The translations under genes and the position numbers were made by a program. Under the pieces are notes generated by a model. It was not told the origin of the DNA. It was given only the letters and a program-made list of their open reading frames with translations, and searched no databases. Of a DNA stretch of 64,000 nucleotides, positions 14,484 to 28,460 are shown in pieces; within the stretch, counting starts at the first letter, position 1, and each line of letters opens with the position of its first letter. The stretch is taken from positions 55,192,464-55,256,463 of the forward strand of contig NC_043011.1 in NCBI RefSeq assembly GCF_006345805.1, given 5' to 3'. The stretch comes from Octopus sinensis (taxonomy: Eukaryota).

Positions 14484-14997
14484 ATTGGTGATGATAATAA
14501 TAATATTGTTAATATTCTAACACCCATTCACATACATGTTAGAAACATTTTCCAGCAATTCTATTTTGAAAAGTATTTGACACTTGATATTAAGAAGTTC
14601 TAATGTTTGGTCTTGTATTTCACAACTGGGATGAAGTCAAAGAATTAATTTAATGTACAGTTAGCACATTAACTAGATAGTAAAAGAAATATTACATGCA
14701 TCAAAAGTGTGTGTAACTGGTCAAAATCTTTCCAGGAATGCAACTGAGTAAATTTTCAACTTAGTTTTACATCTCTTTGTTTTGTGTTAGTCTTGGCAAC
14801 AATTAGACTTTTGAGATCTTTGTCTGTTTTAACACTAAAGAGTCTCTCATTTTAGCCTATGGCAACTAATGTCATATTCAATATCAGTCCTTTTGAATTA
14901 GGAACATGATCAATTACTGTTTTGAGGAAATGAGTATAATAGACTGAACTGATCCCAGAATATCACTGGTGGTTATTTCACTAAACAAAGAGATGAA

Positions 14998-16470
14998 ATC
15001 ATCATTTAATGTTCATTTTCCATGCTGGCATGAGCTGGATGGTTTGACTGAAAACTGGTAAGCTGGGGAGCTGCACCAGGTTCCTATCTGATTTGGCATG
15101 GTTTCTACAGCTTGATGCCCTTCCTAACACCAACCACTCCAAGGGTGTAGTGGATGCCTTTTTAAGTGCCGCCAGCATGGGTACCAGTTATGTAAAACTG
15201 GCATCAGCCATGACTATGATCTCACTTGGCTTGACAGGTTTTCACAAGCACGGTATATTGCCAAAAGGTCTTGGTCACTTGTCACTGCCTCCATGAGGCC
15301 CAAAGTTTGAAGGGTGTATTTTATGTGCCCCCAGCACAAGTACCAGTTATGCGACACTGGCATCGGCCACAACTACTATTCCACTTGGTTTGATAGATCT
15401 TCTCAAGCACAGCATATTGCCCAACATTTGAAGGGGTGTTTTTCATGTGTCACCAGCACAGGTGCCAGTTACCCAACACCGACACTGGCCACAGCTATGA
15501 TATCAATTGGTCTGATGGGTCTTTTCAAGCACAGCATTTCGCCAAGGGTCTCAGTCACAGTCATTGCCTCCATGAAGCCCAACATTCAAAGATCATACTT
15601 CACCACCTCTTCCACATGCTCCCTCCACCATAAGAGATCAGCATTTCTCCACACAGCTGTCCTCGTCCATATGCATCACATGACCATACCAGTGCAGTTG
15701 TCTCTCTTGCACAACACATCTGATGCCTCATGCCCAACTTTTCTCTTGGGATGCTTACACTGTCATGAAGGGATTTACCTTAAGGGATTTGCGATTTGTC
15801 TGCTCTCCTACTTAGACTTTGGTTTTTACCAGATTAACTCTATGGCCCTTTGATGCTAGACCTTGCTTCCATGCCAGAAATTTCTTCTCTAGTTCTGGTA
15901 GTGATTTGGCTACAAGAACAAGGCTATCAGCATAGAGAAGCTCCCAGTGGCAGCCCACCTTAAAGTTCTCTGTTATTGCCTGGAGGACTATGATGAACAA
16001 GAGGGGGCTGAGGATTGATCCTTGATGAACTCTTACTTGTACCCTGAATTCATCACTATACTTGTTGCTAACCTTCACCTTACTGACAGCATCCCTGTAC
16101 ATGGCTTATACAGCTCTCACCAACCACTCATCTATCTCTAGCTTCTACATTGACCACCAAATAAGGGGGTGGGGGAACTATCAAAAGCCTTCTCCCTCTT
16201 GACAAAAGCCAGGTACAGGAGTTGATTTTGGGTGAGCTATTTCTCCTGCAGTTGCCTAACCAGGAATATAGCACCAGTTGTGCTCCTGCATCTCATCTAC
16301 ACTAAATCTCTTCCTAATTAATTGGGTTATGACCCTTTCATCACCTGGTCCAGCAATTTGATGCCTCTGTAATTATTCTTGTCAAAGGCATTACCTTTGT
16401 AGCAATTGACTATAATGCTACTACACCAATTGTTAGGTATAACTCCCTCCGGTGACTAGGCTGTAGCCTA
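14998..16470 (-). mobile_element. RTE-clade LINE, decayed RT plus 3' UTR with duplicated modules
   Basis: ORF 15812-16102 gives ...VRVHQGSILSPLLFIIVL...ELLYADSL (RT QG/SP and YADD motifs). The 3' end carries the family A tail. Confidence 0.85.
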
Positions 16471-18204
16471 CTCCAAAGTTAATCCACAAGTATTTGTAGA
16501 AGTGAGGCAAAAACAAATACTATATTGCTATCCTTAGCATCTCCACCACTCTATAATAAGATATTAATTGCAACTGTTAACACTTTTGGGGGGGGGGTGT
16601 TGTCTCGTTTGACACACATTATTTGAGCAGGAAACTTTTGTTGGAGTCATCTCTGCCTATCACTTATTCAAACTTACAATGAGGTGGTACTTATTTTAGC
16701 TATGTAAGACTATTTTAAGTAATATAAACACATTGCCTAGAAGATAATTACGCAATATGCCTCACAATTTAGATCTATCTCATTAACACTTGTACAATTT
16801 AATAAACAGAGATTAAACTTGTAAATAATGTTAAGACATAAACAGTTTAAATACTAGATTTGCATAATGGTCCAGAGTTACAAGGGAGACAATTTACAAG
16901 AGAAGCTATCAACTATTATAGTCTCCAAATACATCTGTAACCACTTATTGTTATATAGCCGATCTATTCACCAGTAATGAATTTAGTTTCATACATTCTC
17001 TTTCTCACACACACACATTATTTTCTAAGATACAATCAAAAATCGACCCAACAGTTATTTTTCTATAAAGTAACAAACTGGATATTGTAACTGATATTAT
17101 TGTATTACGATAATAGCATTGCATCATGTTAACAGTTCAAAGCAAAACCAAATTCAATATAATCCAAGCTATTTTATTTTACTGTCTATTTAAAAAAAAA
17201 AAAAAACTAAATTTGCAACAAACAGAAGTTACTGTATTATTGCTTTTAACTCTAGGTGTTGTAAAATAGTTGAATTTTTAAATTAAAAAAAAAAGTGTGT
17301 TCCATGTGGCTTTCACTTAATTCTTTAATGAGCAAGATCCATGCACTTTTAAAGGTCCCACAATTAAATTTCAATAAATAGTTTACAATAGCACAGAAAA
17401 CGGATGTTAAACGATGATGATGATGATGATCAGATAATCTAAGCATGACAAATGTGTACACATTTATTTTGAAAATTTCTCAATTTTATCTATTTATATA
17501 ATACCAAAGTACTATTTTAATTACTAATTAAATTACCAACACCAAAAAGGATACATAAATTTTTGGGACATTGTTCAAAAATATTTCAATATTTCAATAT
17601 TATTTGTTAATTTTATGTTGATTTGTTTTTTTAAAGTCATTTTATGATCCAGATGAGGACTTCCTGATTCAATTGACAAAATGTAGAACAATAAGAGATA
17701 TTTTCTGTTTAGCCATCACCCATTAACAAAACAAAGATTGCACATATTTTAGAATATTTCAACAAGTTAAACTTTATGGTTTTCTGAAGTTAAAATGCTA
17801 TTTATAAGTAACAGTCAAATCCAGTACATACCTGCTCTCCAACATTTAACATATTACTTACAATATTGATGGACAACTAATTACATTCCAAGCCACCACC
17901 CTCCTCCCTCCGCAGGCTACTTTTCATTTGTCCAGGATTTATAAAATAAGTACCATTAGCATAGTGGGACTTCACCACCACCAATTCATAACCCTGTGCC
18001 AGTTCCAGAAATTAATTAGTCGGTTGGCAGATTCATTAGGATATTGGACAAAATACCTGGCAGTATCTTTTCTGGCCTTTTCCAGCCTGAGTTCCCATGC
18101 TCTGCCTTTCATTTTCCCCACAATCAATGAAAGTACCAGTCAAGTACTAGGGTCAGTTTAACTGGTTGCTTCCTCCACACAAATTTCTGGCTTTCTGCAT
18201 CACC

Positions 18205-18745
18205 ATCGTTTAATGTCTGTTTCCCCTGTTGTCATGGGTTGGACAGTTTGACAGGAGCTGGCCACTTGGAAAGCTGCCTGGGCTCCATTTGTCTGTTTTG
18301 GCAGAGTTTCTATGGCTGGAAGGCCTTTGTAATGCCACTTTACAGGGTGCTTTTAATGTAGCACTGACACCCACAGGACTAGGATCTCTCGGTTGAGAGA
18401 GGGAGGTAGCGGACATGCCTGTGTGCATGGATGGCCATGATTTTACTTAGCTTGACATAAGCTTGAGATAAGGTCCTAATCTCCTCTGTGAGGCCCAACA
18501 TCTGAAGATCCTTTCTCACCACTTCATCCTCCTGGGTGTACCCCTTCCACACATTCCCTCCACAATTAGAGAATGGCACTTCTTGATTCCTACACACCAC
18601 ATGACCATACCAGCACTGTCTTCTCTCTTGCATGCAATATTTGATGTCTCCTCCCCAATTTTCTCTCAAAAGACACTTGTACTGCACACACACAAACATT
18701 ACTCATCCAGCTGAGCCTTTTCAGCCTTTATATGTCTTTCTGCAC
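18205..18745 (-). mobile_element. RTE LINE 3' fragment
   Basis: ORF 18379-18699 has IKYCMQERRQCWYGHVV...VVRKDLQMLGLTEE, typical of the RTE RT C-terminus, followed by a family A-like tail. Confidence 0.7.
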
Positions 18746-18958
18746 TCATAGCTCACTTTTCTATTATTATTATTACAATTTTCTACAGATATCATACCTC
18801 ACTAGAATTTCACATAATTAAATCAGATTTAACAAAAGCTTTTTTCTTTTATATAACTAAATTTAAATTTTCTGATTAAAATTTTAAAAAAAGGAAAACC
18901 CAAAGTGCTTACATGCAAGATTTCGGAGCAGAAAATATTAAACAATGAATTAAATCTA

Positions 18959-19698
18959 CAGGGTGTTCAGACTAAATTTGATGATTTTGAAAAATCTGTC
19001 TCTTTTATTCAGGAACAGTCAACAGTGTTGAATATTGGAAAAGAGTTGTGTGTATCATGACGATTCCCACCAGGCATCAAAATGCTAACATCATGACAGC
19101 TGCTCAATGCTCTGAAGATCACAAAGAGCTGTAGCACGTGTAAGATAGACAGCTACAATGGAGACTGCAAAGCCATGGCAAACAGGAAGGGGCACAGTGG
19201 GCATTCTGACTGCATCTGCACACCAGAATTCACTATGTAAAGCTGCTGGAGACTGTAGTCAAGCCCAGGCTGGAGAGGGTTGCTGTTGGAAGGCCATATG
19301 TGTGGTAGTAGGATTCAACTCCTTGCCATGCCTCTGGAAAGAGAAGTGATTGTCAGAAAATTTCTTGGATTTCACCAGCCTCAATTGTAATCCCATGGTT
19401 TACTGTGCAGGGTGTGATTGAGAAAGCTACCAACCACTCTACCTGAACACCCAGGCCAAGATCAAGGAGGTCTTCTAAGATCTTCCCAAGGTCACAGTGA
19501 GGAATGTATTCGCCAAATTCCAGAGCTGTCTTGAGGACATGATGGATGCTGAAGTCGGTTACTCTGAGTAAACTTATCTCCCAACCATAATATAGTTGAT
19601 ATTTTGGGCTTTTTTTTTTTAAATACTTTTATGTTTGGTTGGGATATTGTTTTCTTTTGTGTTTATGCAAACTGTCAAGTTTAGCTCAAACTACCTTG
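18959..19698 (+). mobile_element. internally deleted Tc1/mariner (maT/DD37D-like) DNA transposon
   Basis: TA|CAGGGTGTTCAGACTAAATTTGA ... TCAAGTTTAGCTCAAACTACCTTG|TA imperfect TIRs. A decayed SPxCNPMxY transposase-like segment lies near 19370-19430. Confidence 0.55.
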
Positions 19699-22600
19699 TA
19701 AGTCCTTCATTCAGAGAAACAAACTTCCTTTTTTATACTTTCTTTTATATGTAAGAGAAAATTAAAAAGTTTTACCCTCAAAATGTCAACCACAATAATT
19801 ATGTGGAAATTGAATTTTATGAAGAAACAACATCTAAAGGAATGAGAAATATTTGATCCAGTAAAATAGAAATGACAAAGTATATTTCTTTGAGAGGAGA
19901 ACAAGGAGTTTCAGGGCTCAGGTGGAATAGGTTATGACTGTGATGCATTTTTCCTATGTGAAATTAGGGATATCAGAAATAATAAGAGAAGGCACATTGT
20001 TCTCCAACTAGAGGAAGGAGCAAGAATTGCACTAGTCACTAAAAGCAAAATTACATAAACATCATTTCTTAGATTAGTAGTAGCTGGTTTTAACAAAAGT
20101 AGCCAAAAGCAAAACACTTTTCAACAATCCAAACAATTTAATTTTCAGAAACCTAAATCCATGCTGCAATGAATGAGACATATGGAAATTTCAAAAGAGT
20201 GGAAGATGATACAATTTATTATATAGGAGATACACTAAATCATAAGACTGGCAAATGCCAACAAATGAATACATCAATTCAATGTCGAAGGGAAATAAGA
20301 AATCCAGTTGCTTGAAAACATGATCTGGTGAGAGAGAGATAATATAGAAAGCAAAGATCAAGTAGAATTCAACAGGGAGATATTGTGATACCAAACTTTA
20401 TTCAGACATTCTAAATCCATGCCCTACAACAACAATTATCTAGAGATTGATAATGAAATAGAGATTAACAATCAAATGTTATAGTCTAATTTAAATTATA
20501 TAAATAATTGGGTTGGGACCAGCACATAGTTGGAGCGTATATCATTAATTTACTCTATGTTGTTTGCTAGTATACTGCTGTCTATCTGCAATTTCTGCTT
20601 TTTTCTTCTTCCCTGCAGTAGGCATTAAAAACAAGCACAAACTATAAGTGCATAGGCTTCCTCTACTTGATCTAGAGCAGTTATAAACTCAAAACCTAAT
20701 TCATCATATCCACTAATGTTTGTTAAGAAATTTATTTTGAAAATATTCTGCACTACTTGACAAACCGTGTGTTACAATAATACAAATAACTGAATGACTG
20801 ATTATGAACCAGCCGGTCTTACTAAATTATGATTTTAACAAACTGTCACAGTCGAATATTTTAGAGAACAGTCAGTAATTTCTTCATAAAATTAGATTGC
20901 ACATTCTCTGCGTAGCTCTGGTGTTTATTTGAGGTAAGAAGACATGTGAAATAATCATTAATTGCAGACATGACCAAGAATGCTAGCAAGCCTCAACAGA
21001 GAGCTTCAATTAACTGGTTGAATTTAAAATAGCAGTGCAAAATATTTCAGACTTTGTTAAATTAATTTCTTGAAAACTATTATAATTCCAACACAAAAGA
21101 CAATAATAGATAATGTATGAAAAACTATCAAACTTTATAATCAATATTTTTAACAGATAATAATATGAAAAATAATTCAGAACTTATAAATAAAAATTGT
21201 CCATTATACTAGATTTCCTCAAAATAAACATTAAATATTAAAATATAGTAAAAACCCAAACTTGGAACATATTGCATTCACATTCACACACACACTTTAG
21301 AGAATGAAGCTGAAATTAGTATTTATTCTTCTTTTCACTACAGCTATGCTTGGACACAATCAAAAAAGTTTTTCGTTTACTTAAAACCGAATTTACACAT
21401 TTGTTTTTTCCATGATTGCAAAATCCTAAATGATATTTAACCAATTTGGGGGGTGTGTGTGCAAATTATAGAATAATTTAAAATCTTATGCTAAGCATGA
21501 ATGAACAAAATGAATTCGTTTGTCATAGATTTCTAAATTCTTTGGAAATATTATTTCACATAAACAAATATAACATTTCAGACATTTTTAAAAAGTCATT
21601 TATTTTCTCAACCAACTACACCACTCTTTATGCTTCACCATCATTACCACTACTCATTTCGAAAATTAATTACCTATAATACTAAAACTAATTGCTATAG
21701 ATTTCTTCAGTTTCCTTTTTTGAAAATTTCAACCATTGACAATAATACTTCACACAATTATTTTTTTTTTTTAAATAAATAAACATTACTAATTATTCAC
21801 GTTCGTACTATTTATCAACTTTACGTAACTCAGATTTTTGAGAGAAAAAGGCTTTCGTGTTTTTAACTAAATGAAAATATTGAAAACATTTGAAAGGTGC
21901 GTTACTCAATTTCCTCTTAACGACTGGGTCAAGATTTGGTTCGGCAAAACATTGAACATTAAAAGCCCTAACACAACGATTAAGGGTTTTTTTTATTACA
22001 TTTAGTACTATTAGAGAAAAACCATGGCAAAAGAAAAAATGTGACACAGACTTTAAAGAATGTAGAGAAATTTTTAAGCAGCTCAGAGGAAGATTGGGGG
22101 GGAGGGGTAACTAGCTTAGCTACAAATAGTAACAAATATATTAAACAGATCAATGAATAAATAGGTACAATCGCTATTGAACAGTTTTGCTTGTATAACA
22201 GATACAAAATATTGATAGCTTAACTCTTACACATAGATTATAAGTTTTGCTCAGGTTAAAAGAAAGCAGAGAGATAGAGAGAGAGAAAATGAATAACATG
22301 TGGCTAATTAAGTTTAATAATAATTAAAATAATCACTTGACGTGAACCAAGCGAAGGAAAACCAGTCTTTTAAACACCATTAAAACAAGTCTATTAGTCA
22401 TTTGGTGAATGCAAAATATTCGAAATATTTACGGTGAAATTGAGTGAGCGAATACACCGCCCTAAATGTCTAAACTACTGGAAATGGAATTTACAACGGG
22501 GAAAGAAACATTAATAGTAAACTGGATTAGATTTCGGGAAATAATTTCGTCTACACACAAAGATATGTCGGTTATTAAAACATATCAATAATTACTTATA

Positions 22601-24993
22601 TGATACTTGGACCAGAAATATCAATGTACAGTAGGACTGGGTTTTATATTATAGTTTGCCTATCATCGTTTCGAGATCGATAAATAAATAGTGGGGTGGA
22701 TGTAATTGATTATACCCGAGGAGGCGGTGCCCCACCATGACCCCCAATCCAATGACGAACTAGTAGTATAGAAGCCTAATTAGAAAGATCAGTTAAAACA
22801 AGTCAGAAAAGCAAGGTTAGTGTACTTATAACTAAGTAAAGGCTAGTGGAGAAGAGTATGACAAAGGAAAGAGGTCTGGAGATAGACAAACAGCTACAGT
22901 AATTAAAAAATGTCACAATACTAACAATACCAAATGACAGGTTTGTTACAATAGGTTTGCGCCAGAGGACAAGTTTACATTGTAATTTGCCGTAATTGAG
23001 TCTTCAACAGCTGAAAAGAAATCCGATTTCGCCACAACAATCGTTTCTTACATTCGAGTGAAACCTGCGATTCTTTTTCTTCTTCTTCGCAGAGAGAGAG
23101 AGAGTACTGGTTTTAGTGACCTTCATATATATTTCCCAAGAGTATTACATTTATTTTCTTACATAACTGATTTTAAAAGGATAGAAAAATAGTGGTATTC
23201 ATGCAGGAAACTAGTAGAACGGTTCCAATTGGCGATTGAAACCAAGTTGGAAGTTCACCGAGAATTTCTCACATATGACCGTGTCTTAAAAAACAACAAC
23301 ACAGTTTTAGAATTTATAGCCTAGGTATATCTAGGAAGTTATAATGTCCATGTCTTTTCCCAACGACGTCACTACTATGATGAAACAGCTTTAATCGTCG
23401 TCAATCTATTTTAAATCGACTGACATAAAAAAAAAATCGATGTTGGGACTCTGATGTGAACCAAACGGCAAGGAAAGACAAAGTGAAACAAACAGATCTA
23501 AACCCAGAACCCCATATTAGCCTCTGTGTTACTCTCGCTAGAATGCTCCCTTTTAATTAGACTCGAAACTAGATTAAGTTTTTTTTTTACAAAATAAAAA
23601 TAAATGGATATTGTTTTTATAAAACCCTAAAAACAGGCAACTAAGAGAGATACCGGTTCAGGTCTTATTCAACCCTCATTTATTTCCGTAAGTCCTGTTG
23701 AACTTCCAATCCAACAAAGCAATTAGGCTTTTGGTTTTTTCCTTCCTTTCTTTCAACAGACACTGAGCCAAATGTAGTTTTTTTAAAAAAAGAAAAAGAT
23801 TCAAGTTGTAACATTCATACATTTTCCAAAGAACAGAGGAATCCAATTCGCCAAGTCACATGTCCTCCGTCCAGACACAAAAGTCAAACATTTGTAGAGG
23901 AATGAGATTATGATGGTGAGTTGCGATATTTAGCTACAAGTCAATCCTAAACTACCGTTCCAGCCATGACAATCCCATCTTTTTGTGGGAGTATTTAACG
24001 CGACATATCTAATGTGCCTTTTTTTCTTTCTTTCTTCCCCTCTCCCTAACCCCAAGACAAGTGGATTGGAATATTTAGGACGAAGGTGCCTGCTTACTTG
24101 GCTGCTATGATTTGCTTGGAGATATCACTGCACTCACAATCACAGCAAATGACAAATATTTTCATCTGAACTAGGTTGTTTTTTTAATTTTATTTGAAGA
24201 TTTATTTTTTTCTTTCGGGACGGGTCAAAAAGATTAATTTGAATAAAATTGACAGAAAAGGGAGATGAGAGAGAGAGAGCTGGACAAACTCATATTTATT
24301 GTTAATAGTAGAGATTATCATCCACCCGACACACAAAGCACTTCAAAGATGGAGAATACTCATATTTCTTTGATACCTCAAACATCAAGTAGAAATTCAA
24401 TTCTGTTTGAAAAAAAAATAATAATTTCAATAGAAATGTTCTCATTTGGCCAAGTTAAAGGAGAAGTTGAGGGAACAAAGCAAATGACTATTGTGAATAA
24501 AAGTGTGTGTAAAGAGGTGAAGTCGGAATGCGATCGGTCAGGACCTGTGAAACAATGTCACGGTCTCGTTAAACACACTAAAACAGGTTGACTAGATTTG
24601 TAAGAATATAGATTTCTTGCACGGGAATACGGCTTCAGATTTACAGAAAGGTGAAATAATAAGAGAGATGTTCATCTTTTTTTTTTCTCTTTCAAGGGCA
24701 TCAACGGCGAGTGAGAAATATGGTTAACTGTGTGTGTGTGTCATATATATTACTATACGGAAAGGAATACCGATATCTCAATAGATATCGGATATTTTAA
24801 TTTCGTCACCGATAGAAATTAATTTCTCCGATAACCTCTGGTAATTCATTAGAAATACAATTTCCTCCAAGACCAACCAACACACAAAACACCAAATCTA
24901 ACATCTATGAATGGTGAAATATAAAAATCGGTAGACAACACTTGTACAGAAAAGAGAAATTTATTGAAGATAGCAGTGTACTGGTTATATGTG

Positions 24994-25068
<75 letters not shown>

Positions 25069-25404
25069 CATGACAGCTCGGAGAAACTACATTTATTAAT
25101 GGTTAAAAAAAACGTTGAAAAGTCGGACAAATGAGTATGTACGATCGTTACACACCATAATATGTATGACTACACTTATACATGTAGTTGACACACCCTT
25201 CGAGGATATGAATTCTTTAATGGCTGTGGTGATTGTTTAAAGCAAACATACAGATGAGAGGCAGAAGACAAGTCTTATATCGTGTTCTTTTTTTTCTTCC
25301 GTTTATAATAGGAAAATTAGAGGTGAGCATCGAAGCCAGTGTATCGTCGGCATCGACAAAAGAAAATGATGGGGGAGCCGTAGTGGGCGTAACACCTAGG
25401 AATG

Positions 25405-26136
25405 GTTTATGTATATATGTATATACATATATAGGTTTATATACACACATATATAGGTTTATATATACACATATATAGGTTTATATATACACATATATAG
25501 GTTTATATACACACACACATATAGATTTATATACACACACACATATAGATATATATATACACACACATATAGATATATATATACACACACACACATAGAT
25601 ATATACACACATATATAGATATATACACACATATATAGATATATACACACATATATAGATATATACACACATATATATATATACACACACATATATATAT
25701 ACACACACATAGATATATATACACATATATAGATATATACATACACACATATATAGATATATACATACACACATATATAGATATATACACACACACATAT
25801 AGATATATACACACACACATATATAGATATATACACACACACATATATAGATATATACACACACACATATATAGATATATACACACACACATATAGATAT
25901 ATACACACACACATATATAGATATATACACACACACATATATAGATATATACACACACATATATAGATATATACACACACACATATAGATATATACACAC
26001 ACATATATAGATATATACACACATATATAATATATATATACACACACAATATATATATATACACACACATATATATATATACACACAATCATATAGGGTT
26101 TTATATATATACACACACGCACACATATATAGGGTC

Positions 26137-26169
<33 letters not shown>

Positions 26170-26305
26170 ATACACATATATATATATACACACACACACA
26201 CATACACATATATATAGGTTTATATGTGTATATACATATATAGGTTTATATATATATACACACACACACACATATATATGTTTATATACATATATAGGTT
26301 TATAT

Positions 26306-26377
<72 letters not shown>

Positions 26378-26415
26378 TATATATATAGGGTTATATGTGT
26401 ATATACATATATAGG
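25405..26415. repeat. about 1 kb compound (TA)n/(CA)n micro/minisatellite
   Basis: Repeated ATATAGATATATACACACAC-type units with GGTTTATAT spacers. Accounts for the low-complexity Y/I/C/V ORFs in the track. Confidence 0.95.
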
Positions 26416-26700
26416 TTCCCTACAGGGAGCTGGTGAAAGGCTTTCCAGAAACGACTACCTCCTTACATTCCAAAGTTAGCCACACTTGGTACCCGTCGGT
26501 AAAAAAGAACGACCGAGAAATAAATTAATCAGTTTCGCCATCATGAATAGTAACGATGGTAAGTTAGCTATTATATATATATATATTGGTAGGATATCGA
26601 TAACATATATTATATAGTTGACTACATTACACATACAGGCTTGTCAAGAGCTGCCAACATTACACTTACATACACACACACACACACACATATATATATG

Positions 26701-26745
<45 letters not shown>

Positions 26746-26877
26746 CAATTAAGGGTGAAACTAATTAATGGTCTGGTAGATCCTTTTTTTAAGTAGAAGA
26801 AATGGCTTAAATTTTGGCTGCTATTTCTGAACTTCGGTATGTGGTGATGCATTTCTTTTGCTGACCCCTCAATATTA

Positions 26878-26913
<36 letters not shown>

Positions 26914-27344
26914 GTGTATCCAGCAGAGGAAAATACATATAAATGTATGTATATTTTATACACATACTTAATCCTAATGGATGAAATATTCAAAGCCGTT
27001 TTTCGACATCCTTGTATAGCAGCAGTATGATGGAAAAAATGATGAATTAAGGAGAAAGACAGAAGAGAAATGAGAAATGAAGTCGATGTGGGTTTTTATG
27101 AGGAGGATGTCGAAGGAAGAAGCTATTTTAATGAGGAGAGATTGGTTTATAAAGGAGAGAGAGAGAGAAAAGGAGACAAGGCAAAGAAAGAAAAATGTAG
27201 AATAGAATGAGGAGAGGAATTTAAAGTCAGGGAAAAGAAGATGATCAGAGGAGAATGGTGAGAAAATATTTGAAATAAAACTGACAAAGAACGAATTGGG
27301 TAGAGATATGTCAGGGAATGAGTCTGCCAACACTATAGACACAC

Positions 27345-27449
27345 ATACACACATTAACAGGGTGTGTATATTTTATATATACACACATATATATACACAT
27401 ATACACACACATATATATATATACACACATTAACAGGGTGTGTATATTT

Positions 27450-27481
<32 letters not shown>

Positions 27482-27497
27482 TATATACATATATGTA

Positions 27498-27531
<34 letters not shown>

Positions 27532-27715
27532 CATTAACAGGGTGTGTATATTTTATATACACCCACATATACATATATATATATATACATACACATTAAC
27601 AGGGTGTGTATATTTTATATACACACACACACATATATATATATATATACATACACACATTAACAGGGTGTGTATATTTTATATATATACACACATATAT
27701 ACATATCCACATATA
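27345..27715. repeat. minisatellite, five copies of ACATTAACAGGGTGTGTATATTTTATATA separated by TA/CA tracts
   Basis: Unit starts at about 27351, 27427, 27531, 27593 and 27657. Confidence 0.9.
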
Positions 27716-28138
27716 TATCCACCTTCTTTTCATACATACATTTGTCAATGTAGTCTTTTTTTTTTAGTTTTTAGATGAGGGGTTTTTTTGGCTTTTTTTT
27801 TGGTTTCGAATAAAAAAAAAAATACAGACTATCACAAAACGACTGTAGTTTAATAATTGTTTTAAAACAATAATTGGTGGAGATTAATAGAAGAGAAAAT
27901 AATTAATGAAGAATGGGGAAATGAGAAAAAAAAAAAAAAGCAGTTCTCGTCCAGTTGTCAAAACAACGTCTTCTGAGGAGGGAAGGAGAGGAGAGAGACG
28001 GCGGCGGCAGAAATGAAGTATTTACCACCAGAAAATAAGGATTAAATCGATCAGCATTAACAAAAGAAACTGGCAGAGATTGAAATGTTCTATTTCTAAT
28101 TAAATAAACAGTGGACATTTAGGGTATGTTGTACGTAC

Positions 28139-28175
28139 CTTTAAATAAATAATCATACTCATCGTCCTTCGTCAT
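28139..28175 (-). CDS. Rab11: Rab11 small GTPase, first coding exon (37 nt, phase-1 intron follows; remaining exons not found in window)
   Basis: Minus strand reads ATG ACG AAG GAC GAT GAG TAT GAT TAT TTA TTT AAA G|gtacgt = MTKDDEYDYLFK(V). This matches the Rab11 N-terminus (MGTRDDEYDYLFKVVLIG), with a GT donor at the same phase-1 position as vertebrate RAB11A exon 1. Confidence 0.9.
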
Positions 28176-28388
28176 CGTCTACGTTTTCCCGTAAGGATAC
28201 TAGCTGTAAACAAAAGGCTCCTTATACGCTTCAGAGTCACAAAAAATTAAAATAAAAAGTACAAATTAATTTTGAAAGAGTCTAGATACGTTCTATATTT
28301 ATATTTCGTTGATACGTCGCCGGATGGCTAGGATTATTTCAATTATTTTGGCCCTATGATATTTGTTACTTTCTCTAAACGGATATAT

Positions 28389-28460
28389 CAATATGGCGTC
28401 CCTTTTAACGCCCCTTTGCTATTGCGCATACTATGACGTCATGTTTGCGCAGCCGGAAGT
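28389..28460. promoter_or_regulatory. Rab11 proximal promoter motif cluster
   Basis: YY1-like AATATGGCG (28390-28398), TGCGCA (28423-28428 and 28446-28451), palindromic CRE ATGACGTCAT (28433-28442) and ETS CCGGAAGT (28453-28460), all 215-285 bp upstream of the Rab11 ATG in a CpG-rich patch. Confidence 0.75.

Noticed and set aside
25459-26376. Long ORFs (up to 226 aa) rich in Y/I/C/V
   Set aside because: Translations of TA/CA microsatellite. The same applies to ORFs at 27440, 51199-51670 and 54849-55208.
27345-27715. Repeat-spacer pattern resembling a CRISPR array
   Set aside because: Spacers are TA/CA microsatellite, the context is eukaryotic and there are no cas genes.
1-28138. Rab11 exon 2 (VVLIGDSGVGKS...WDTAGQE)
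   Set aside because: Not found by manual scan of the minus strand. Presumed to lie beyond the left edge, though a miss by eye is possible.
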